The notes beneath the pieces were generated by a model. The model made no database searches and was not told where the DNA came from. It saw only the letters and a list, made by a program, of their open reading frames with translations. Shown here piece by piece: positions 1-7,200 of a DNA stretch of 35,467 nucleotides. Origin of the DNA: an uncultured Myxococcales bacterium (GTDB lineage: Bacteria > Myxococcota_A > UBA9042). Each line of letters opens with the position of its first letter. Within the stretch, counting starts at the first letter, position 1. The position numbers and the translations under genes are program-made. The stretch is from assembly GCA_937915965.1 (NCBI GenBank), contig CALGHC010000490.1:1-35467 (forward strand), given 5' to 3'.

Positions 1-29
1 CAGCCGCTCTGTTTCGTCGGCGCCCGGCT

Positions 30-91
30 CGGCTCGGCTCGCCTGCGCCCCGGCTCGCCTCGGCTCGGCTCGCCTGTGCCCCGGCTCGTCC
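30..91. repeat. 31-bp direct tandem repeat x2, built from CGGCTCG heptamers, upstream of lspA
   Basis: 30-60 cggctcggctcgcctgcgccccggctcgcct is followed directly by 61-91 cggctcggctcgcctgtgccccggctcgtcc (2 mismatches). Confidence 0.8.
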
Positions 92-225
92 ATCCTGGGG
101 CTCGGCTTGCCCCTGCTACTTCGATTGACGCGATCCAACCGCCCACCTACCCTCTGCGTGCCTTCACGTTGCCCTCCCGCGCGGTCCTCTCTCCGCGACG
201 GCACGAGCCGCCGAAGACGGATCCG

Positions 226-1131
226 ATGTCGCCACCCACACCGCGCACCCGTTGGCTGGTTCTTGCGCTTGCGCTCTGCGTGACTGGCGTGGACCTGTGG
301 ACCAAGCAGCTCGTCGTCGACCATCTCGCCAGTCCCAGCCACCCGATCGCCGTCACTGGCACCGCTCCGACCGTGGCCGCGCGCCTGGCCGAACGCGGCC
401 TGAGCCGCGACGCAGTCGATGCCGCTGTCGCTGCGCGCCTGGTTTGGCGCTACCGCCCTGCGCCGGCGTTCGCTGTCGACCGACCGATCGACGACGAGAT
501 CGCCCACCTGCAGTTGCTCGCCCTCGCCGGCACCCGCCTGCCCGCACCGCGCCGCCTGCGCATCGATCCGGCCGCAGGAGCGTTCGACCTCGGCCACGCC
601 GTCATGACCTCGTTCGGCGTCGACCGCGCGACCGCGGCTCGGATGCTCGACGGCGAATTGTGGCGGCCCGAGGCCCCCGTGCGCGCCGCAGACGAGCCCG
701 TCGCAGCCGACGAGACCCTGGTCTTGCTGCTGCACGAGGCCGAGCTGGTCCCCGGCTTCATGAAGCTGGTCTACGCGGAAAACCCCGGCGCCGCGTGGAG
801 TTTCCTTCACAACGCCAACCCCACGTTCCGACTGATCTTCTTCTCGCTTGTCTCGACGATCGCCGCCCTCGCCATGCTGTGGGCGATCTGGACCGGCTGG
901 ATGGGCAGCCCCCTGGCCACCTGGGCGCTGGGCGCTGTGCTCGGCGGCGCGCTGGGCAACCTGGTCGACCGTCTTCGCTTTCGGGTCGTCATCGACTTCG
1001 TCTTGAACTACGTCGGCGATCTGCGCTGGCCCGTCTACAATGTCGCCGACATCGGCATCACCGTCGGCGTCGCCCTCATCGTCGTCGAGCTGATTCGCAA
1101 TCGTCCTGCGACTGGCGAGACCGCCGACTGA
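226..1131 (+). CDS. lspA: Lipoprotein signal peptidase (signal peptidase II), with a large extra-membrane insertion
   Basis: Lies in ORF 76..1131. SPase II hallmarks: TM1 plus DLWTKQ, AENPGAAWSF, GGALGNLVDRL and YNVADIGITVG (the two catalytic Asp motifs). Start moved to ATG 226 because TM1 follows immediately and third-position GC is visibly poorer in 76-225. The GTG at 76 remains possible. Confidence 0.9.
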   Translation: MSPPTPRTRWLVLALALCVTGVDLWTKQLVVDHLASPSHPIAVTGTAPTVAARLAERGLSRDAVDAAVAARLVWRYRPAPAFAVDRPIDDEIAHLQLLALAGTRLPAPRRLRIDPAAGAFDLGHAVMTSFGVDRATAARMLDGELWRPEAPVRAADEPVAADETLVLLLHEAELVPGFMKLVYAENPGAAWSFLHNANPTFRLIFFSLVSTIAALAMLWAIWTGWMGSPLATWALGAVLGGALGNLVDRLRFRVVIDFVLNYVGDLRWPVYNVADIGITVGVALIVVELIRNRPATGETAD

Positions 1132-1198
1132 CGGTCGCCGCCTCGCCGCTCTCTGTGGTCCGCTGTGGTCGCGCAGTTCTTCGCTGGATCGCTCTTCA

Positions 1199-1240
1199 GC
1201 TCTTCGCTCTTCGCTCTTCGCTCTTCGCTCTTCGCTCTTC
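1199..1240. repeat. Perfect heptamer tandem repeat (GCTCTTC)x6 in the lspA-lgt intergenic spacer
   Basis: Six contiguous perfect gctcttc units at 1199-1240. Degenerate copies flank them (1191-1197 gctcttc, 1241-1248 gctggttc, 1176-1190 gttcttcgctggatc). Confidence 0.9.
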
Positions 1241-1265
1241 GCTGGTTCGCTCGACACGAGGCCCC

Positions 1266-2252
1266 GTGCACCCATCCTTTGACCTCGGCTTCACGTCCCT
1301 GCCGGCCTACTTCAGCTTGCTGATGTTCGGCTTCACCCTCGCCGTCCTGCTCGCCCACCGCGAGGGCGCGCGCCGCGGCATGGACGGCAACTCGATCCTC
1401 GACCTGGGCCTCCTCATGATGGTCTGCGGTCTGGTCGGCTCGCGCGTCCTGCACGTGCTCGCCGATGGCCACTTCTGGGACTACGTACACCTGTGCACGG
1501 ACCCATCCCAGGTCGCCGGCCTCGCCCTGGGCGGCGGCCGCCGCTGTGTCGACGACGCCCAGTGTCTGCAAGCCGGCCTCGGCGATCTCTGCGAAGCCTC
1601 GACGGGCCTGTGCCGCCAGGCCCAGGACTGCCTGCGTGTCGCTAAGATCTGGTACGGCGGCTACGTCTATTACGGTGGCCTCCTGCTCGCCGTTCCGGTC
1701 GGAATCTGGTTCGTGCGCCGGCGGCGGATGTCGCTGTGGGCGATGGGCGATCTGGCTGGTTTCGGCATTCCGCTTGGCCTGGTCTTTGGTCGTCTGGGCT
1801 GCTACCTCGCCGGCTGCTGCTTCGGTGGCACCTGCGCCAGCCCCCCCGGCATCGCATTTCCGCGTTGGTCGCCCGCGTGGCACGCCCACCTCGACGCCCA
1901 CCTGATCCCCGCGACCGCGGCCGCCTCGCTGCCGGTGCACCCCACCCAACTCTACGAGGCCATCTTCTCCCTGGTCATATGCCTCTGGCTGTGGCGCCGC
2001 CATCACCGCGGCGTTCGATTCCTAGGCGAGAATTTCTTCCTTTTCATCGGCTCCTATGCTGTGTTTCGCTTCAGCGTCGAGTTCATCCGCGCCGACGAGC
2101 GTGGCGCGTGGCTCGGGGGCCTGCTCAGCACATCACAGCTGATCAGCGTGCCCCTCTTCGCTTGGGCCGCGTGGGTACTGCTGCGCGGTCGAGCGTGGCC
2201 CCACGAACCGGCGCTGCCTGGCGCCGATAGCGACGCCGCGACGGAGGACTGA
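1266..2252 (+). CDS. lgt: Prolipoprotein diacylglyceryl transferase, with a Cys-rich loop insertion
   Basis: 3' part of ORF 252..2252. Lgt-like blocks: GSRVLHVL, WYGGYVYYGGLL, GRLGCYLAGCCFGG, HPTQLYEA, FRFSVEFIRADE. No in-frame ATG lies between the lspA stop and the conserved N-terminus, so in-frame GTG 1266 (VHPSFDLGF...) is taken as the start. The upstream part of the ORF overlaps lspA in another frame and is Arg/Pro-rich junk. Confidence 0.88.
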   Translation: MHPSFDLGFTSLPAYFSLLMFGFTLAVLLAHREGARRGMDGNSILDLGLLMMVCGLVGSRVLHVLADGHFWDYVHLCTDPSQVAGLALGGGRRCVDDAQCLQAGLGDLCEASTGLCRQAQDCLRVAKIWYGGYVYYGGLLLAVPVGIWFVRRRRMSLWAMGDLAGFGIPLGLVFGRLGCYLAGCCFGGTCASPPGIAFPRWSPAWHAHLDAHLIPATAAASLPVHPTQLYEAIFSLVICLWLWRRHHRGVRFLGENFFLFIGSYAVFRFSVEFIRADERGAWLGGLLSTSQLISVPLFAWAAWVLLRGRAWPHEPALPGADSDAATED

Positions 2253-2256
2253 GACA

Positions 2257-3117
2257 ATGGTGGTGCGCGTCGTCACGGGGTTGGTGCTCGCGCCGCTGGT
2301 CATCTGGCTGGTGCTCTTCTCGCCTCAATGGGCTGGGCTCCTCTTCTTTGGTCTCATCGCCTGGTTGGGCACCGACGAGCTGCTGCGGATGTGGCCCGAG
2401 AACGGTCGCCTCGGTCGCCTCCTCGGCTGTTTCGGGGCCGCCCTCGTCGCCGTCTGGCCGGCAATCGACGCAACGACCCTGCTGGCGATCTTCGCGCTGG
2501 TCCCCGTGCTGCTGCTCGCGGCGAGCCTGCTCGACGCGGACGATCTCGATGTCGCCGTCAAGCGGGCGACCAGCAGCGTGCTCGCGATCGGCTACGTCGG
2601 CCTGATGTGCGCGACCCTCGTCGCGATCTGGCAACTCGATGGTCCGATCGTCCCTGCTGGCGCTCCCCAACCCGCCGCCGCTGGGATCGGCCTGGGCAGC
2701 TATACGTTTGGCCGTGGCGCCGTCATGTTCCTGCTCGTCGCGGTCTTCTGTGGCGACACTGGCGCGTATTTCACTGGCCGGACCCTGGGCCGCCACAAGC
2801 TCTTCGCCGCCGTCAGCCCAAAGAAGACCGTCGAGGGCGCGATCGGTGGCCTCGTCGCCTCGACCTTCGGTGGCTGGGCCGCGGCATTGGTCGTCCTGCC
2901 GGCACTGGGCCACGTCGAGGCGCTCGCGATCGGCGGTTTGTGTGGCCTCGTTGGTCAGATCGGCGATCTCACCGAGTCGCTCTTCAAACGCGCCCACAAC
3001 ACCAAGGACAGCGGTCGCCTGCTTCCCGGTCACGGTGGCGTGCTCGATCGCCTCGACGGCGTCCTCTTCGCCGCCCCCGTGCTGTACGCTTGGTTGGTGT
3101 TGCTGCGGGTCGGTTGA
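2257..3117 (+). CDS. cdsA: Phosphatidate cytidylyltransferase (CDP-diglyceride synthase)
   Basis: Multi-TM protein with the CdsA signature SPKKTVEG ... SLFKRAHNTKDSGRLLPGHGGVLDRLD. GGAGGA at 2243-2248 lies 8 nt before the ATG. Confidence 0.93.
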   Translation: MVVRVVTGLVLAPLVIWLVLFSPQWAGLLFFGLIAWLGTDELLRMWPENGRLGRLLGCFGAALVAVWPAIDATTLLAIFALVPVLLLAASLLDADDLDVAVKRATSSVLAIGYVGLMCATLVAIWQLDGPIVPAGAPQPAAAGIGLGSYTFGRGAVMFLLVAVFCGDTGAYFTGRTLGRHKLFAAVSPKKTVEGAIGGLVASTFGGWAAALVVLPALGHVEALAIGGLCGLVGQIGDLTESLFKRAHNTKDSGRLLPGHGGVLDRLDGVLFAAPVLYAWLVLLRVG

Positions 3118-3123
3118 TCGGCC

Positions 3124-3936
3124 GTGGCACCGAAGCCCGATGAATCGCGGGCACCCAAGCCCGATGCGCCTACGCCTGACGAACCGGGAGAAGCGCGAAC
3201 GCCAGCGCCTGCCGTTGGGCTGCTCAGCGGGCTGCCCTGCACCTTCTCTGGTCGGCTCGACTTTGCTGAAGCCACCGCCCGCAACGCCGCGATGGTCGCG
3301 GCGGTTGCCGCCGGCGCCAGCGGCTCCGTGCTGCTCTTCGAGCCCGCCGCGCCGGTCTTCACCCTCGGCCGGCGTGCCCGCGAAGGCGCCGATCGTGCCG
3401 CCCTCGCCGCCACGGTGGCCCTGTGCGCCGCGCGCGGCATCGACATCCTCGAGGTCGACCGCGGCGGCTTGGGGACGCTTCATCTGCCAGGCCAGCTGGT
3501 TGTCTTCGTCGCGGTGCCCTGCGGTCGCGCCCAGATCGCCGCTCTGGTCGACGAGCTGCTCGCCACCGCCCAGCGAACCGCCGCGGCGCTGGGCGTCCCC
3601 TCGGTCGTCGGCGCAGAGGACCGAATCGGCCTGTGGCATCCGACCGGCAAACTCGCCAGCATTGGACTGCGGCACGCCATCGGGGTTGCCCGCCACGGGC
3701 TGGCACTCGGCGTCGACCTGCCGGCGGCGGCAAGCGATGGCCTCCTGTTGTGTGGGCTGCCCGACGCCCATCTCACCTCGGTCGCTGCCTGTCTCGGCGC
3801 GAGATCGCCGCTTTCAGTCGCGGCGCTGGCAGCCCGATTTGCGGCCGAAGCGGGCCTCGTCGTCATGCTGCCCCACGGTGGCCCGTTCCCGCCCGCTCTC
3901 GCGCCGGCGCGCCCCTCGCCCCGGCCCAAGCGATGA
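3124..3936 (+). CDS. lipB: Octanoyltransferase (lipoyl(octanoyl) transferase), divergent LipB family
   Basis: Aligns by eye to E. coli LipB blocks. FEPAAPVFTLGRR matches HYPVFTQG. VDRGGLGTLHLPGQLVVF matches SDRGGQVTYHGPGQ. GKLASIGLR carries the catalytic Lys block, HGLALGVDL follows, and LLCG carries the catalytic Cys block. GTG start at 3124. The N-terminus is a low-complexity APKPD repeat. Confidence 0.72.
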   Translation: MAPKPDESRAPKPDAPTPDEPGEARTPAPAVGLLSGLPCTFSGRLDFAEATARNAAMVAAVAAGASGSVLLFEPAAPVFTLGRRAREGADRAALAATVALCAARGIDILEVDRGGLGTLHLPGQLVVFVAVPCGRAQIAALVDELLATAQRTAAALGVPSVVGAEDRIGLWHPTGKLASIGLRHAIGVARHGLALGVDLPAAASDGLLLCGLPDAHLTSVAACLGARSPLSVAALAARFAAEAGLVVMLPHGGPFPPALAPARPSPRPKR

Positions 3937-3948
3937 ATGAACAACTGC

Positions 3949-3977
3949 TTGCCTTGCAGTGCTTGCTTTGCTACCGT
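3949..3977 (+). promoter_or_regulatory. Possible sigma-70-like promoter for the giant gene (TTGCCT-17 nt-TACCGT)
   Basis: ttgcct at 3949-3954, a 17-nt spacer, then taccgt at 3972-3977, in the only lower-GC stretch between lipB and the giant CDS. Pattern match only. Confidence 0.2.
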
Positions 3978-4188
3978 CTGCTGTCTGAGGACTACCAGCG
4001 TCCGCCCCCCCAATGACGCTGGTGATCAAAGTGTTCCGAGTCGAGGCAAGGGTATGTGCCGCTCCTCCCCGGTCGTTCCCACGCCTGAGACGGTAGACGC
4101 GGACTGGTTGTCGGTTCGAAATGGCGCCGCGATCCCCTGCACTGCGTCGAAACGATGGCCCGGAAGGCCAACGGGTCATTCGTTCGTT

Positions 4189-4194
4189 AGGAGG
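4189..4194 (+). promoter_or_regulatory. Shine-Dalgarno AGGAGG for the giant lipoprotein gene
   Basis: aggagg at 4189-4194, 6 nt upstream of ATG 4201. ATG 4195 abuts the SD and is less likely. Confidence 0.65.
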
Positions 4195-4200
4195 ATGGGT

Positions 4201-7200
4201 ATGCGGAACGAGCACCTCACTCGCGCGCTCCGCGTTGCGTTGGTTCTCTTTGCCTTCGTAGCAGCGAGCTGCGCAGAGCAAGAACCCGACGCAGCGTCTC
4301 CAGGACTGTTGACGGACTACGCCGCCGGCGTCGATGCCGAGTTCGGCGTCGAAGCCTTCGCGCTTGGTTCACCAGCGCTGGGTGTCAGCAATCCGGGTCC
4401 TTTGGCCTTGTTCCCGATCGAATCGGGCGGCTCGGCCAACATCGACTTCGAGTTCACCGTCGACAGCTTCTCGCTCGGCAAGGTGAACTGCTACCTCGAT
4501 GGCGTCGCGGTTGGCTCGAGCAAGACCTCGCCGTACACCTTTGTCGCCGTGACGCTGGGCGTGCATACGCTCGGTTGCGTCCTCGCCGATGATGGTGGCA
4601 CCGAGCTGGTCAACGCCGAGGCGCGGGCCGTGGTTCAGGTCAAGGTGGTCGCCCCGTGCGCCGTGCCGAGCGACTGCGACGACGGCAACGCCTGTTCCCA
4701 GGAAGGCTGCACCGACGGCGAATGCACCTACAACATCGTCGGCACCTGCTGTGGTTCAAAGTTCGACTGCTCGGCGGGCGAGCTGTGCCTTGAGGCCAAC
4801 ACGCTCGACGCGCAGTGCTCGACCTGCGTGGGCGACCTCGACTGCGACGACGAAGAGAGCTGCACCACCGACAAATGCGACCTCAGCGGCGAGAAGGGCG
4901 TCTGCTCCAACAAGAAGTCCAACCCCGAGTGCTGCTCGACGGCGGGCGATCCTTGTGACGACACGCTCAGCTGCACGATCGACTCCTGCAACGTCCTCGA
5001 CGGCGTGTGCGAGCACGTCAAGCCCGAGGGCGCGTGCTGCACCGCGGCCGAGTGCGTCTCCGGCGACACCTGCAAGGTCGGCGACTGCGTCGACAACGAG
5101 TGCCGCTACGGCCCCGACAACTCGAAGCCGGACTGCTGTTCCGCGCAGAGCAACCCAGACTGCGACGACGACTACTACTGTTCGCTCGACTACTGCGATC
5201 AGCCCCAAGCCGGTGGTTGGACCCAGTGCCGCCACGAGGCCGACCCCGACAAGCCGATCTGCTGCGACATCACCAAGCCCGTCGGCGAGTGCGTCGACGG
5301 CGAGGCCTGCACCTTCGACTTCTGCGAGAACTGGGAGTGCTACCACCAGCAGGTCGAGGAATGCTGCACGGCCAACGAACAGTGCGACGACGCCAAGTTC
5401 TGCACCGATGACCTGTGCGCGCTGGCTCCAGATGCCGTGGAGGGCGACACGGGCTCGTGCCTGCACGAATGGCAGCCCGGCTGCTGCATGGACACCCCTG
5501 ACTGCGACGACGGCAAGTTCTGTACGTTGCAGAGCTGCCAACCGGGCACGTTCACCTGCGTCTACGGCAAGCCCGACGCCACGTGCTGTGACGACGTCAG
5601 CGAGTGTGATGACGGCAAGTTCTGCACGGCCAAAGCCTGCGTGAACCACAGCTGCGTCTTTGGACAGGACAACTTCAAGCCCGGTTGCTGCGATGACGTC
5701 GCGGATTGCGACGACGACAACGCTTGCACCATCGACACCTGCGACAACGAGACCACCCAGTGCGTTCACATCGACGTCGAGGACGCGGAGTGCTGCAACA
5801 CCGCGCTCGACTGCGATGACGGCGACTGCACCACCGACGACTTCTGCGACGCCAGCGACAAGTGCGTCTACAAGCCCTCCCTGGGCAAGTGCGCCGAGGC
5901 GACCGCCGCGATCGACTGCGACGACGGCGTCCCCTGCACGATCGACGCCTGCGTGGTTGTCGACGGTTGCGGCACCTGCCAGTACGCCAGCGACCCGACC
6001 TGCTGCGACGGCGACATCGACTGCGATGACGACAAGGTGTGCACCACCGATGTCTGCACGGACAACGTCTGCAGCCACGACGGCACCGCGGACTGCTGCC
6101 TGGACGACCAGGACGCCCTGACCGCTTGCGACGACAACAACGCATGCACCACGGAGTACTGCGTCAACAACACCTGCCGGCACACGGCTCCCGCCGGCGG
6201 CTGCTGCGCCAGCGTCGACGACTGCACGCCCGACGGCTGCTCGACGGCCTCTTGCAAGAACATTGTCAATGGCATCGGCGCATGTGAGTACGTGACCAAG
6301 GAAGATTGCACCTGTACGCAGTTGGACTACGCCACCGTCTGCGATGACAACAACCCGTGCACGGTCGAGGGCTGCTCGGACTTTGGTGATTGCCAGCACA
6401 GCGCCCTGGACGGCTGCTGCCTCGACAAGTTCGACTGCGACGATGGCGTGCCCTGCACGTACGACGCTTGCATCTTCAACGAGTGCCTGAACTACGAAGC
6501 CGCGGGCGGCGACGCGCCGCTGTGCTGCACCGTCGAGACCGAGGCGGTCGACTGCGCGTATCTCAACGCCGAATGCGCCAACGGCAAGTGCATCGAGCAG
6601 CCCGACGGCACGCGCGCTTGCGTCGCGGTCGAGAAGGCTACCTGCACCGTCGACATCGGCTACTGCCAGGACTTCGAGGGCGGCGACAGCCTCAAGGCGA
6701 TGGGCTGGAATCCGAACGACCTCGCAGGCTCGGCCTCGGGCAACTGGGGCCTCGGTACCGCCGGTGGCCTCGGCCCCGACCAGAACGCGCGCCTGACCTG
6801 GACGCCGACCAAGGTCAACTTCGACACCTGCCTGCAGTCTCCGGTCATCCAGGCGGCTGGCGCGGACACGGTGACGATCCAGTTCGACCGCGAGTTTGTG
6901 CTCAACGTGGGCGACCTCGACGCGATCTACGTGCTGGGCTCCCTCGACGGCGAGAACGTCGACTGGACCAACTCGCTGACCGTCGACATCGTTCCCAAGC
7001 CACAGAACTTCGGTCCCGAGACCTACGACCTGAAGCTGCCCTCCGAGCTGAGCGGCTCCAATGGCCTGCGCCTGGCGTTCTGCGCGGCCGGTCCGAGCAC
7101 CTTCAACCTCACGCGCTTCGCGGTCGACAACATCTGCGTCGTCAAGGGTACCGCGCCGACCTTCACCCAGTGCCCGGCCAACCAGACCGTCGAGGTGAAC

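Noticed and set aside
76-225. An upstream GTG start for lspA (ORF-track coordinate 76).
   Set aside because: The 50 extra residues have no membrane or signal character. The codons there frequently end in A/T, and the region overlaps the 31-bp tandem repeat. ATG 226 immediately precedes TM1. It is kept as an alternative in the feature note.
252-1265. The long N-terminal part of ORF 252..2252, overlapping lspA in another frame.
   Set aside because: The translation is Arg/Pro/Ala junk (RRRPSRQSQPPDRRHW...), while the overlapping frame encodes a clear LspA. Lgt homology begins only after the GTG at 1266.
2143-3771. A 542-aa minus-strand ORF across cdsA and lipB.
   Set aside because: It is antisense to two well-supported genes. 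Its low-complexity Arg/Gly/Asp/Gln-rich translation has no motifs, which is typical of spurious high-GC ORFs.
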